NCBI RefSeq assembly: GCF_004010195.1
Contig: NC_057737.1
Span: 48,909,173-48,973,172 of the forward strand
Length of the DNA stretch: 64,000 nucleotides
Direction: 5' to 3'
Origin: Chiloscyllium plagiosum
Lineage: Eukaryota
Numbering within the stretch: the first letter of the stretch is position 1; the number at the start of each line of letters is the position of its first letter. The notes beneath the pieces are model-generated. The model made no database searches, was not told the DNA's origin, and saw only the letters and a list, made by a program, of their open reading frames with translations. Made by a program: the position numbers and the translations under genes. Shown in pieces: positions 11,894-25,960 of this stretch.

Positions 11894-13199
11894 GTAAGTG
11901 TGAAGGAATGACATTACTCTTGACAACAGCTAAATGACACATTGCTCTCCAATCAACAATCAAACACCTTTGATATCAATTAGAACTTGTAGAGGAATGA
12001 TTCTATGACTCTTGACACCATTGCTAAAACTTTAACATTGAAAAAAAAACACATCATTTCTAGTTTCCCTTAAAAAAAGGGGTGTCAGATTATCTGAGGC
12101 ATGATTGCTACTCTGCTCCTATATTTTTGTATTAGGACACAACTCTATATTTCTCACTAACAACTCCAATCCCTAATCCTTTAGCAGCATTCTGGCTGCG
12201 GTGGTGTGTGAGGACTCAGGGCACCTAGGTGTTTGTTTGCAGACTGGATGGACTTGATGGCTTTGTATTTCTGATGGTGAGAACTTATGATGGAGGTGGG
12301 GGAGTGATCAGGATGTTTCTTTTTCTTTTACCTGTTCCTTTTATTTCTGTTTTGGTTTTTAATCCTGTCTTTTGTATACTAAGATGGTGCCGGAGAATGG
12401 CAATTTTGTAGTTTTCAGTGTACTCCTGTACTCTTTACTTGAGTACACATGACAATAAAATCTAAATCTAGTATATCTGAAATCTTGCTGTTTCCATGAA
12501 GTTCAGGACAGTCAGGGTATAACAAACCTTTGTCACAGTAGTAGTTGCTGTATTCTATGATATTAAACCACTTTGGGCACTTCAGTTTCTGTGCAAGGGT
12601 GAACATATAGGTAAGTGTGGGATATGTGACAGTTGTTTAAGGGGTTAGGATGCCAGGCAATGAGTGAGTGCTTAGGGAGGTTGAGGAGGGTTTGGCAGAC
12701 TTAATGGAAGTAGAGGTGGCATTGAGTCCAGTGGGAGTGATGGAGACCACTCAAGGTTTTGTCCTTGCAACTTTCTTGAAGGTAAACAATCTCAACTTCT
12801 CCAGTGTGTACANNNNNNNNNNNNNNNNNNNNNNNNNNNNNNNNNNNNNNNNNNNNNNNNNNNNNNNNNNNNNNNNNNNNNNNNNNNNNNNNNNNNNNNN
12901 NNNNNNNNNNNNNNNNNNNNNNNNNNNNNNNNNNNNNNNNNNNNNNNNNNNNNNNNNNNNNNNNNCTAAATCAGAGTTTTATGCAAGATTAAAGTACTTT
13001 CAGGGTTGTGCTCTGAGCAGACAGGAAATCCACTGGGTTTGAAAGGTAGAGCTGGCAGAATCCGCAAGAGACCCATGGAAGTGTTACTAACTGCTGTCAG
13101 TATATTGGCTGGGATTTCAGATTTTGACCTAATTTGGAAGAACCCGCTGAATCTATAATTGTGAGCCCATAGCAACAGGACTGAGAGTGCACAGTGAGC

Positions 13200-13412
13200 A
13201 GGCTGGTGCATGTATGGAATGAGCTGCCAGAGGAAGTAGTGGACGCTGGTACAATTACAACATTTAAAAGGCATCTGGACGGGTATATGAATATAAAGGG
13301 TTTAGAGGGATATGAGCCAAGTGCTGGCAAATGGGACTAGATTAGGATATCTGGTCAGCATGGATGAGGTGGACCGAAGGGTCTGTTTCCGTGTTGTATA
13401 TTTCTGTGACTC
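13200..13412 (+). mobile_element. CR1/HER1 LINE 3' end
   Basis: WNELPEEVV...TFKRHLDGYM frame and HER1-type tail. Confidence 0.8.
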
Positions 13413-13669
13413 TAAACAAAATTACTGTCTGTTTCTTTGACTATTTCTGCTGACTATACAAATCTAGGTGGGAATACAAGTTGTGAAGAGGACATAGGCT
13501 GCAAAGAGATATGGAAAGGTTAAGTGAATCGAAAACAATGTGGCAAATTGGGAACATTTTGGGAAAGTGTGATGTTATTCACTTTGATAGTAATAATAAC
13601 ATAGTATTTTTGAAATTGTGTAAGACCTGTAAGTGTGTATAAGTGTACAAGGGACACAGTTTGAAAAGA

Positions 13670-13855
13670 AAGTGAGGGCTGCAATTGCTGGAGATCAGAG
13701 CTGAAAATGTGTTTTTGGAAAAGCACAGCAGGTCCGGCAGCATCCAAGGAACAGGAGAATCGACGTTTCGGGCATAAGCCCTTCTTCAGGAACGTCGATT
13801 CTCTGTTCCTTGGATGCTGCCTGACCTGCTGCGCTTTTCCAGCAACACATTTTCA
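13670..13855. mobile_element. PLE-terminus fold-back insertion (family A) with ~16-bp TSD
   Basis: Inverted arms; acacagtttgaaaaga on both flanks (about 13654-13669 and 13857-13871); hammerhead core on the minus strand at about 13761-13790. Confidence 0.85.
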
Positions 13856-14289
13856 ACACAGTTTGAAAAGACAACAAGCTAACTCTGTGCCCTTGTACAC
13901 TTATACATCTACAATCATTAAGCAAGGCAAGTTGCAGTTTGGTGTTCATCGTAAAGGTATTGATGTTGTCATTGGCTGTAAATTTGAGGATGATGTCCGC
14001 TCAACGATAAGTGTTTTGTCGTGGATTTTCATGTGACTGTCTACAGGCCAATTCTCACCCCACAGATCTATGGACACATTGGTCAGGAAGGTTCCACTTC
14101 CATGAGGAAGTGGAATCTAGGGTAGGATTCTCTTTCCTTTGCTTCTCTGTCCCTGCTCTGCCTCATCATGAGGACTTCTGGACTCAGGGTGATGCAGCTT
14201 CATGAGTAATTGAGTGATTAATGACTTTTGAGTAATTGAAAACAAACTGTGATAATTGAATAATGTTCAGTATCAGTCACAATTTCTCA

Positions 14290-14900
14290 GACACTGAAGC
14301 AGACCGCATTCAAAAGACCTGAAAGATATCCAGATTTGGGCTTATGAGTAGCAAGTGACAATCACACTATATGAATGCCAGCAACGACCATCTCCGACAA
14401 GACAGAATCAAATCTTCAGCCCTTCAAACCTTCACATTCAATGGCATTTCCATTGTTGTATCCCCAACATCCATTGACCATAGATGTAACTATACCATCA
14501 CTACAAGAGTAGGTCAGAGGCTAGGAATACTGTGGTGAGGAATTCACCTCCTGACTCCCCAAAGACTATCCACTAGGTACAAGGTGCAAATCAGAAATGT
14601 GATAGAGTAGACCCTATTTGCCTGAATGAGTGTAGCTCCAACAACACTCAAAGTTTGACACCATCCAGTATAAGCAGCCTGCTGCATTGGCACCACATCT
14701 ACAAGCATCCATTCCCTCCTCCACTAACGCTCAGTAGCAGCAGCATATACTATTACACAATGCAGAGCAGAAAGTCACCAAGGCTTCTTTGACAGCACCC
14801 TTCAAATCCATGAATACTCCCATCCAGAAGAACAGAGGCAGCAGATACATGAGAACACCACCACCTACAACTTGCCCTCCAAGTCACTCACATTCCTGAT
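14290..14900 (+). mobile_element. L2-like LINE ORF2 C-terminal fragment
   Basis: Degenerate 'aggtcagaggctaggaat...ccaacaacactcaaag...gacaccatccag...aagcagcc' segment, also seen at 20660-22260 on the minus strand. Confidence 0.6.
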
Positions 14901-14914
14901 TTACATGAAAAAAT

Positions 14915-16790
14915 AGAATCAGGAGGAGGTCATTCAGCCCTTTGAATCTGGCTTTCCATTCAATATGATCATGGCTAATCATCCAACTCAATACCCTGTT
15001 CCTGTTTTCTCCCCATACTCTTTGACCCCTTTCGCCCTAACTTCTCCTTGAATAGTTAGATATAGCTCTTATGGTGAAAGAAGTCAAAGGATATGGGGAG
15101 AAAATGGGAAGATAGTGCTGAGTTGGATGATCAATCATGATCATATTGAATGTTGGAGCAGGTTCAAAGGACTGAATGGCCTACTCCTGCTCCTATTTCC
15201 ATGCTTTTGTTTCTCGAACATTCAATGTTTTGACCTCAACCACTTCCTGTGGCAGAGAATTCAACAGGTTTATCATTCTGTGGTGAAAATATTTCTCCTC
15301 ATCTCAGTCCTTAGTGGCCATTCCCAATTCTTAACATGTATTCCCTGGTTCTGGACTCGCTGGTCATTGCAAATATCCTTCCTGTGTTTATTCGATCTAG
15401 TCCTGTTAAAGATTTATAGGTTTCTATGAGATTTCTTCACCTCATTCATCTAAGCTCCAGTGAATATAGTCTAGTCTGTCTCCATATATTAAGCTAACCA
15501 TCCCAGGAATTGGTCTGGTAAAGGACACCATAACTGCGTCCAGTACTTCAGGTGTGGTTTCGCCACGATCCTATATAATTGTACGAAAACATTCCTGCTC
15601 CTGTACTTGAATCTTCTCACTATGAAGGCCAACATGCCATTTGCCTTCGTAAAAGATCATAGAATTCCTACAATGTGGAAACAGGCCATTTGGCCCAACA
15701 AGTCCACATTGACCCTGCGAAGAGTAACCCACGCAGATCCATTCCTGACCCTATTACTCTACGTGACTAATGCACTTAGCTTACTTATCCCTGAACACTA
15801 TGTGCAATTTAGCATGGCCAATTCACCTAACCTGCACGTTTTTACATTGTGGAAGAAACCGGAGCACCTGGAGGAAACCCATGCAGACATGGGGAGGATG
15901 TGTAAACTCCACACAGACAGTTGCCCGAGGCTGGACTCAAACCTGGGTCCCTGGCGCTGTGAGGCAGCAGTGCTAACCACTGAGCCCACTACTTGCTGAA
16001 CCTTGCAGCAAGTGGTATACAAGGACTCCCAGGTTTCATTGCACCTCCCCCTTTTTCCAATCTATTGTCATTAAGATAATTATCTGCCTTCCTGTTTTTG
16101 CTACCTTGGTATCTGCAAAAAGCATATTACACTTCATCTGCCATACATATACCTGTTCTCTCAACTTCTCCGAATCACATTGAAGCACCTCTGCATCTTC
16201 CCCACAGTACATCCTTCCAATGAACTTTTTGCCATCTGCAAACCTTTAATTCCCTCATGTAAATCATTAATAAATATTGTGAATATCTGAGGTCTAAGCA
16301 CTGATCTCTTTGATACCCCACTGATCACTGGCAGCCACTGGGATAACAAAACAAATTATTCCTTCACTTTGTTTTCTGTCTGCTAACTAGTTCTCTATCC
16401 ATGTCAGTACACCATCCCCAGTCTCAGGCGCTTTAATTTTATATGCGAATCTCTTATGTGGGACCTTATCAAAAGCATTTTGAAAGTCCAAGTGAACAAG
16501 ATACACAATACACCCCTTATTAACTCTACTATGTATATCTTCAAAATTACAGTGGATTTGTCAAGCAGGGGATTTCCCTTTTGGAAGTCCATGCTGACTC
16601 TGTTGGATCTTGTTACTGTATTTTAATTTCTGTCCTATTAAATCTTTTATAATGGACTCTAGCATTTTACCCATTACCAATGTTTGGCTAACTGGTCTGT
16701 AATTCCATATTTTCTCTCTACCTCCTTCTTCAAACATTAGCTCCCTCCAATCCATAAGAACTGTTCCAGAGTCAACAGAATCTCAGAAGT
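14915..16790 (-). mobile_element. Degenerate CR1 LINE with a nested inverted CR1 tail (15073-15205) and an HE1 SINE (15657-15990)
   Basis: ORFs 16161..16349 and 16561..16755 give RT fragments (NYRPVSQT, IFINDL). Confidence 0.75.
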
Positions 16791-19321
16791 ATGTAGCTAT
16801 TCCTTCAGTGTCGCTGGGCCAAAAACTGGTTAACATCCTCACTAACAGCATTGTGGGGACACAAAGCACATGGACTGTAGTGGTTGCAGAAGGTAGCTCA
16901 CAGCCACCTTCTCAAGTGCAACTAAATACTGGCCCGGGGTGATGCCTTTATCCTGTGAATGAGTAAGAAAGGACAATTCAGTAGTTCTACTTTTGACTTG
17001 CAGAGATGTTTGTCGTCAATGCTGTCTTCTCCAGTTTGTAAAAGGCTGAAATGGCACAACTGGGTTCTTTTCATCAAAGAGTCTTGAGAGATGTGGCTGA
17101 GAAGATACTCCAGGGAATTTCCCCTTAACATTTATGTGAATGGAATATTGGTCTGACATTTTATTTTGGCAACATTCAAGTACAGCCCAAGTCCCTTTTC
17201 TGCAGAATTGAAGAGATGTCAACAACACAGGAGGGTTCCAGATACTGTAGGTCACGTATGACTATGGTGGTCAATTTAGTTTCAGTAAGGTATGACCAAG
17301 TTTTTTAAAAGTTCTATTTAGATTGTGTTTAATAATCTCACTAGAAGGCACATGATGTCAGGAATATTGTAAATAGTATGCAGGCTACCACACAGACATT
17401 TCTGACACCAGTGCAGATTTTAAAGATGTCTGTTTCAGATTTTCTCAAGACAGTTGCAGTCATATTTAGAATTGAGATGAACTTTCTTGTTCACCAAAAT
17501 CTTTGGAGTACAATTCACAGAGCCTTGTAATTTGCTGAGTCAAATGCTTTGGTCAGGTCAATGAATGTTGTGTTCTTGTTATATTTATTTTGATATGTCT
17601 GACAAGAAAGACCATGTCAGGGGTTCCTCTGGAAAGTTGAAAGTCACACTCTGACCCTGGGAGGGTGTCCTCCGACACAGGAATTGGTGTTTCAGGAGAA
17701 TGTAGGTGAGGACCTTCCCTGCTATGGACAACAGGGAAATATCTGTTTCCACAGCATGATTAATCTCTCTTCATGAAGACAGAAAAGTAGATTATTTTTA
17801 GAAAGTGTGAAACTTAAATGTTGTTCAAAGAGATGTGTGCGTAGTTGTACAAAGACATGAATTAACATGCAGGCAATTGGGAAGGCAAATGACGTGGTCA
17901 CCTTTACTTCAAAGGAACGGCAGTACAAGAATCAGAAATGAATACTTCCACTTGCAAGAAGGATTCAAATGAGGGAACAATGCTTAAAAATAAGTTATTG
18001 ACCATTTAAGATGACGATGAAAATTCTGCTTTCTTTAGGAGGGCAGTGGATTTTCGGAATTCTGTTCTCCAGAGGGTTCGAGGTGAGTCATGGAATACTT
18101 TTCAAAGTTAGTTGGATTCTTGACTAACAAAGAAGCCAAAGGTTATCAAAGGCAGGCCAGGATGTGGTGTAGTGGTCACAATCAGATTACCTCTGATCGT
18201 ACTGATTGGCAGAGCAGGTTCAAGGGACTGAATGGCCTATTTCTGCCTCTAAGTCACGTTCGTTTGTCTTCTTACAATTGACTTTTGCGACCTTTGTGAT
18301 TCTTTGTCTGTCTACTTTGCTTTGAAAAACCGTCTTAAAACAACATTTTCACTCAGGCTTCGATCACCTCCCCTAATGTCTCTTCCGTAGTTTGGGATTT
18401 CTGTTCTTTCCAATAACCTTGTGTGCCTTAAAGTGTTTTGAATGTGAAAGTTATTGTATTGCTGAAAGTTTTTGTTGCCTGGGGAAAAAATACTTAAGCA
18501 GAAAACAGTGTGATAAATCTTGATTTAAGCTCTTTGATACGCATGCTTCTTCATATCAAAAAGGGTTCTGATCCAGGACTTTACTAGTCTAAAATATCAC
18601 ACTGCCCACCACCTCTCTAGCGAAGGGAGGATAATAATCTGAAACCTATGCCTGAGTCTCACTGGTGTCCTACTGCAGCTGAATTTCTCAATCTAAAACA
18701 TTTTGGGAAATTTTCCAAGAATTTGCATTCTCGCACAAACTCCTACTCCAATGCTTTGCAGACCCCAGTGAACAGAAAAAATGCAATTGCTCCTTTAACA
18801 ATTGTTTCTGGTAAGATTATTGTCATCTCTCAGAACTATGCTTCTGAGAAAATCTTAATCTACCACTCTTTATGAGTAAAGAGAGCTCTGTGTTTCTGAA
18901 AGGCGACTCCAATTAAGGTTCTTTCAGAAATGTAGAGTTGTATTTCCATTCCAACAATTCTTTCATTGTGCATAACTGTCAGGGAAAGGCAAATCATGGC
19001 CCCTCTTCACAACAGTTCGCTACTATTTCCTAAAATTTAAAGGTCCTCACAGCCACCTTGATAGCTGCTGTGGAATGGTAAATACATAGAACATAGAACA
19101 GTACATCACAGTGTAGGCCCTTCAGCCCTTGATGACCTTTTATCCTAGTCGGGAATGTGGTGTTGGAAAAGCACAGCAGGTCAGGCATTCCTGATGAAGG
19201 ACTTATGCCTGAAATGTCAATTCTTCTGCTCCTCAGATGCTGCCTGACCTGCTGTGCTTTTACAGCACCAAACTCTCGACTCTGATTTCCAGCATCTGCA
19301 GACCTCACTTTATCTTAGACC

Positions 19322-19635
19322 TGGGCGGCACGGTGGCACAGTGGTTAGCACTGCTGCCTCACAGCGCCAGAGACCCGGGTTCAATTCCCGCCTCAGGCGA
19401 CTGACTGTGTGGAGTTTGCACGTTCTCCCCGTGTCTGTGTGGGTTTCCTCCGGGTGCTCCGGTTTCCTTCCACAGACCAAAGATGTGCAGAGTCAGGTGA
19501 ATTGGCCATACTAAATTGCCCGTAGTGTTAGGTAAGGGGTAAATGTAGGGATATGGGTGGGTTTCGCTTCGGCGGGTCGGTGTGGACTTGTTGGGCCGAA
19601 GGGCCTGTTTCCACACTGTAATATAATCTAATCTA
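19322..19635 (+). mobile_element. Full-length young HE1-type V-SINE
   Basis: Head ggcggcacggtggcacagtggttagc (A box), gggttcaattccc (B box), V-domain, tail ...ccacactgta(atcta)n. Confidence 0.9.
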
Positions 19636-20500
19636 AACCTTTTATCCTACTCTTAAGATCAAACTAATCTACATACCCTTCATTTCACTGTCATTCATGT
19701 AAATGTCCCTCGTGTATCTGACTATGCTCCCATTGCCGGCAGTGCATTCCATGCACCCACCACTCTCTGTAAAGAACCTACCTCTGACATCTCTCCTAAA
19801 CGTTCCTCCAATCACATTAAAATTATGCCCCCTCATGATAGCCATTTCCAACCTGGGAAAAAGTCTCTGGCTATCCACTCTACCAATGCGTCACATCTTT
19901 TTGTACACCTCTATCAAGCCATCTCTCATACTTCTTCACTCCAATGAGAAAAGCCCTAGCTCCTTCAACGTTTCTTCATAATTCCTGCCCTCCAGTCTAG
20001 ACAGCATCTTGGTAAATCTCCTCTGCACCCACTCTAAAGCTTCCACATCCTTCCAGGTGACCAGGACTGAACACAATGTGGGCGGCACGGTGGCACAGTG
20101 GTTAGCACTGCTGCCTCACAGTGCTAGAGACCCGGGTTCAATTCCCGCCTCAGGCGACTGACTGTGTGGAGTTTGCATGTTCTCCCCGTGTCTGCGTGGG
20201 TTTCCTCCGGGTGCTCCGGTTTCCTCTCACAGTCNGGTGTGGACTTGTTGGGCCGAAGGGCCTGTTTCCACACTGTAAGTAATCTAAAAAAAAAACAATA
20301 TTTCAAGTGTGGTCTAACCAGGGCTTTATAAAGCTGCAGCATAACCTCGCAGCTCTTAAACTCAGTCTCTCTGCTAATTAAAGCCAACACCATACGCCTT
20401 CTTAGCAACCCTATCGACTTGGGTGGCAACTTTGAGGGATCAATGGACATGGAACCCAAGATCCCTGTCGCTCCACACCGCCAAAATACATATGATGTTA
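19636..20500 (-). mobile_element. CR1 LINE 3' region with a nested HE1 SINE (20078-20287, +)
   Basis: ORFs 19669..19878 and 20124..20552 contain CR1 motifs (LYKALVRPHL, RGHNF). Confidence 0.8.
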
Positions 20501-21118
20501 GGGAATTGGGATGGTAGAATGCCAAGGGGTAGGGGTAGGGGTAGGATGCCAAATACGTTGGTTGCCAAATGGGAATGGGTTGGGTGCCGGAATGCAGGCA
20601 AATAATGCGGGTACATGTGAGAATTTATTTTTTGTTTTGTGTACAAGACTTATCCAGGCAATTTTCCATGTTCATGGAAAGAACTTGACAGGGGAGCAGC
20701 AAGTTCTGGAGCACAAGTCTTCAGTGCTATTGCCAGAATGCTATCAGGGCCCATATCCAGTGCCTTCAACCTTGATATCATGTGTAGTTAATCAAATTGA
20801 GTAAAGATTGGAATCTAAGAAAGGGGACCATTGGAGGAGGCTGAGATGGATCATCCAGTTGGCACTTCTGGCTGAAGATTGTTGCAAATGCTTCAGCCTT
20901 ATCTTTTGCACTTATGTGTTGGGCTCTTCCATCATTGAGGATGGGGATATTTGTGGAGCCACCTTCTCAGCTGAGATGTTTAATTGTCAGCGAGCTCTGT
21001 CTGTGTTGTTTTGGCATGTAAGTAGTCCTGTTTGGTAACTTCATCAGGTTGGCACCTCATTTTTAGATATGGCTGGTGTTGCACTCTTCATTGAACCAGA
21101 GTTGAGTGAGAGATATGC

Positions 21119-21297
21119 GAATCGACGTTTCGGGCATAAGCCCTTCTTCAGGAAATGAAGAGTGAAGATTTCCTGAAGAAGGGCTTATGCCCGAAACGTC
21201 GATTCCCCTGTTCCTTGGATGCTGCCTGACCTGCTGCGCTTTTCCAGGAACACATTTTCAGCTATGATCTCCAGCATCTGCAGTCCTCACTTTTTCC
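21119..21297. mobile_element. PLE-terminus fold-back insertion (family A) with 17-bp TSD, inside a minus-strand L2-like LINE (about 20660-22260)
   Basis: ttgagtgagagatatgc at 21102-21118 and 21298-21314; two hammerhead cores back to back (about 21122-21150 minus, 21173-21200 plus). Confidence 0.85.
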
Positions 21298-22329
21298 TTG
21301 AGTGAGAGATATGCCAGGCCATGAAGTTGCAGATGGTGCTAGATTGTGCCCAATCTTGAGTTGCTAGATCTGTTCCAAAATCTGTCCCATTTAGCAAGGT
21401 GATAGCACCACAAAACAAGATGGAGGGTATTCTCAACATGAGGGCAGAGCTTCGTCTCCACATCGACTGTGCAATGGTCTCTCTCATAGATAATGTCATA
21501 TACAAATTGGTAGGGATGGGGCCAAGTATGTTTTTCCATTATTGTTGGTCACCACGTGCCACAGATCGAGTTTAGTTGCTACATCCATTAGGACCCGACC
21601 AGCTTGATCAGTAGTGCTGCTGCCGAGCCACTCTTGATGGTGGACATAGAAACAACCCACTTATAGCACAATTTGCACCCTTGCCACCTTCAATGCTTCC
21701 TCCAAGTGTTGTTCAATGGAGGAGTACTGATTCATCAGCCAAGCGAGAACAGTGCATGGTAACCACCAGGAGGTTTCCTTGCCCATGTTTAACCTGAAGC
21801 CATGAGACCTCATGGAGTCCAGAGTCAATGTTGTGGACTCCCAGGGCAATTTCCTCCTGACTGAATACCACTGTGCTGCCACTTCTGCTTGATCTGCCCA
21901 GTCAGTGAGAAAAGTCTGAAGTGTATCTGGGACATTGTCACAAAATCATACCTTACAGACAATGTCAGATTGTTGCTTGACTAGTGTGTGAGATAGCTCT
22001 TACAATTTTGGAACTATCCCCCAGATGTTAGTAAGAATGACTTTGCAGGATCAAAGGGCTGTTTCTGCAATATCTTCTCTGGTGCCTAGGTCAATACCAG
22101 TTTCATTTCTTTGTTGACTTCGTAATAACTGATTCAACTGAGTGACTTGTTAGGTCATTTCAGAGGGCAGTTTGAGAGTCAACCACACTGCTGTGGGTCT
22201 GGAGTCGCATCTAGACCAGACCAGATGAGGAAGGCAGATTTCCTTCCCCGAAGGACATTAATGAGCTCTCTAGGGATCGCAACAGCAGCAGCCAGATCAG
22301 TGGCACCACGATTACTCTGTCATACAGCA

Positions 22330-25100
22330 AGGACGATTGAAGTATAGTAGCAGTGGTAGTGATAGCGGACCCTATATCAGGTACTGATGGGCATTTCTAT
22401 GGTTGTGTGTAAGACTCCAGATTTATATGTTATCTCCTTGATGCCAGGGTCAAGGATGTCTCTGAGCGAGTACAGAATATTCTGAAAGGGGAGAGTGAGC
22501 AGCCAAACGTGGTCTAATTGGTACTAATGACATAGAAAGAGAGATGAGGTCCTGAGGGAAAGTTGAAAAACAGGAACTCCAGGATTGCAATCTCAGGATT
22601 ACTCCCTGTGCTGCATGCTAGTGTTGCCAGAAATAGGAAGGTAACACTAGTTGGATACCAACTTGCGGAATGTTTCAGAGAACATCTCTGGGATACATGC
22701 ACTAAACAGCCCCATTGCCCTGTGGCCGAACACTTTAACTCCCCCTCCCAATCTGCCAAGGACGTGTAAGTCCTGGGCCGCCTCCACCACCAAACTAGAG
22801 CCACCCGACACCTAGAGGAAGAACGCCTCATCTTCTGCCTTGGGACCCTCCAAATACACGAAATCAATGTTGATTTCACCAGTGGCCACCCCCTCATTCC
22901 TGATGAAGAGCTCATGCTCAAAACATCGACTCCCCTGCTCCTATGATGCTGCCTGATCTACTGTGCTTTTCCAGCACACACTTTTCGACTCTGATCTTCA
23001 GCATCTGCAGTGCTCACTTTCTTGTGATAGGCTAAGGAACGTGGTGGGACTAGCAGTTTGAAGTGTATTTATTTGCATTCAAGGAGTATATTTGATAAAG
23101 TAGATGAGCTTAGAACTTGGATTAGTACATGGGATTACGATGTGGTAATTATATATTAATCAGGAACTTGGTTGCGAGAGGGGCAAGACTGGCAGCTCAT
23201 CATTCCACAGTTTAGATGTTTCAGTAGCGAGGCCATATGGATACAACCTGGGAATGAGAAAAGTCCAATCGCTATGGTGCGATTATACATCAGGTCTCCC
23301 AATAGCCAGCGAGAGGTAGAGTAAGAGATGTGTGAGCAGATCATGGAAAGATGCAAAAACAACAATTGTTGTACTGGATGTTTATAACTTCCTCAATATT
23401 GATTGGGACTGCCATAGTGCCAGATGCTTAGATGGAGTAGAATTTGTTAGGAGAGTTTCTGGAAACAATATGTTGGTAGTTCAACTCAGGAAGGGGCCAT
23501 ATTCGACCTTGTACTGGGGCACAAGCTTGGTGAGGTGATCAGAGTTTCATAATCCCATAAATTTAAGGTAGTTATGGATAAGTATACAACTGGTCTTCAG
23601 CTGAATGTACTAAATTAGCAGAAGGTAAATTACAACATTATTAGGCAAGACCTGAAATTAGATTGGAAGCAGCTGTTTGAGGTTAATTCCACATCTGATA
23701 TATAGAGTCACAGAGATATACAGCACGGAAACAGTATGGGAATCTTTTAAAGGCCAGTTGATCAGAGCTCGGGTTCAGCTATTTCTTTGATGATAAAAGA
23801 TAAGGATGGCAAAATTCAGGAACCTTGAATGACAAGAGAGGTTGAAAGTTTAGTCAAAAAGATAAAGGAAACATATGTAAGATTTAGTAAACTGAAATCA
23901 GACAAGGCCCTTGTGTATAAAGGAAGCAAGAAAGAACTTAAACAGGAAATTAGGAGAGCTAGAAGGGGTCATTAAAATATCCATAGCAAGTAGGATTAAG
24001 CACAAGGCATTTAACACATATATGAGGAGCAAGAGAGTAACTAGGAAAAGGGTAGATCCATTCCAGGACAAAGGAGGGAATTTATACCTGGAGCCAGAGG
24101 AGGTGCATTAAAGAGTACTCACCATCAGTATTCACCAAGGAGAAGGACATAAATGACGGTAAGTTTAGAGACGGGTATGTTGACTCTGGCCACGTCGATA
24201 TTAAGGAAGAGGAGCTGTTGAGTGTTTTGAAAAACATTAATGTCGATGAGTCCCTTGGGCCTGATAGGACCTATCCTCTATCCTAGGATACTGAAGAAAG
24301 CAAGGGAGGAGATTGCTGGGACCTTGACAGAGATCTTTGTATCCTCTTTAGCCACAGGCGAGGTCACAGAAGACTAGGGAATAGCCAGTTGTTTCTTTGT
24401 TTAAGGGCAACAGGATTCATCCTGAAATTATTAATCAGTGGTAGGGAAGTTATTGGAGAAGATTCTTAGGGACAGGATTTGTTTGTATTTGGAGAATGTT
24501 CATATTGGAGAGAATCAGTCTCTCAAATTTGATTGACCTTTTTTAATAAAATGACAATGATGATTGAGGGTAGGACAGTGGATGTTGTCTACATTGACTT
24601 TACTAAAGCATGGGAAACGTCCCTCATGGTCAGCTGGTCCAGAAGATTGAATTGCATGGAATTTGTGGTGAATTAGTAAGTTGTATAACAAAATTGGTTT
24701 GGTCATAGAAAACTGAGGGTAGTTGTGGATGGGTGTTTTTCTGACTGGAGTTCTGTGACCACAAGGATCAGTGCTAGGTCCTCTGTTGTTTGAAATATAT
24801 AGATTTGGATTAAAATATAAATGGTCTGATCAATAATTTTGTAAGCAACACGAAATTAGATGGAGTTGTGAATAGTAAGCAAAGTTATTGGAGGATACAG
24901 CATGATCACTTGGCGAAAGCTGGGCGGAGAAATGGCAGATAGAGTTTAATATGGATGAGTGAGGTGATCCATTTTGGGAAGTCAAATGCAAGAGGAAAGC
25001 AGGACCCTTAGGAGCATTGATATACAGAGGGATCTTGTAAGTCCATCGCTGACAAGATAGTAAATAAGGCATATGGTATCCTAGCCTTCATCAGTCAGAG
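22330..25100 (+). mobile_element. Long degenerate CR1 LINE (ORF1 esterase region, APE endonuclease, RT) interrupted by a PLE fragment (about 22645-23025)
   Basis: Decayed esterase, endonuclease and RT motifs; ORF 22563..22769 joins CR1 ORF1 to PLE 'FREHLWDT..QPHCPVAEHFNSPS'. Confidence 0.75.
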
Positions 25101-25104
25101 TTAG

Positions 25105-25323
25105 AAATCACACAACACCAGGTTATAGTCCAACAGGTTTAATTGGAAGCACACTAGCTTTTGGAGCGACGCTCCTTCATCAGGTGATAGTGGAGGGCTC
25201 GATCGTAACAGAATTTATAGCAAAAATTTACAGTGTGATGTAACTGAAATTATACATTGAAAAATTGTTTGTCTGTTAAGCCTTTCATCTGTTAGAATAC
25301 AGTGATAGTTTCACTTCTTTCAT
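25105..25323 (-). mobile_element. PLE terminus, family B (hammerhead core near 25152-25187)
   Basis: aaatcacacaacaccaggttatagtccaacagg...ctagctt.ggagcgacgctccttcatcaggtga; same family as 43360-43800 and 47872-48597. Confidence 0.75.
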
Positions 25324-25811
25324 GAGCTGCATTGTCCAAATTATCATTCTTGGATTTTTTTTACTAAAAGCGCCCATGTCAGATTAAACGACTAGACTGC
25401 AGTTTTATACCTTTTTAATTTGAACCAGGATGTAGCATTCACAATTTTCCATTCCTCTTGCACCACCCTTCCATTTGAAGAGAAAAATTGGCCACTGCCT
25501 CTTCAGTTTCCAGACTTGCTCCTTCTGCATTCTCTCCCCAATTTTAAAACTGACAATTCTGATTTTCAAATCTCTCCATGTCTTCACCCTTCCCTACCAC
25601 TGCATTTTCTTTCTGCCCCATAATCCTTTGAGATACTTGCACTCCTCTAACTCCAACCTTGAACATCCCAGATCTAGATGTTCCACCATTGGTGGCTGTT
25701 CCACAGAATATTAATGGTCAGAAAGGTGCTGTGGTGAGAATGGCAGGATGAAAAAGTAACCAAATACAGGAATTTTGTTTCTATTCCTAATGATATTGCA
25801 TTTCTTGTTAG

Positions 25812-25960
25812 CCCAGCACCTGAACAAATTGACTTTGATCCATTCAAACCTAGAGGATGATCCAGAACAAGTGCGCACAGCTTTTCGGCAGTTCTTGGGG
25901 GCAGTCGTCAGTTCTCTATCCGAGAGCAGAGACAAAGAAGAGATGTCAATCATCACCTAA
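25812..25960 (+). CDS. IFT22: IFT22 coding exon 5 (terminal)
   Basis: gttag|CC CAG CAC...; HLNKLTLIHSNLEDDPEQVR...SESRDKEEMSIIT-stop; joined CDS 564 nt = 187 aa plus stop. Confidence 0.95.

Noticed and set aside
12813-12965. ORFs spanning N runs (also 1432-1535)
   Set aside because: Assembly gaps; the ORFs are artefacts of X translation
19322-19400. tRNA-like A/B boxes
   Set aside because: These are SINE heads continuous with the V-domain, not tRNA genes
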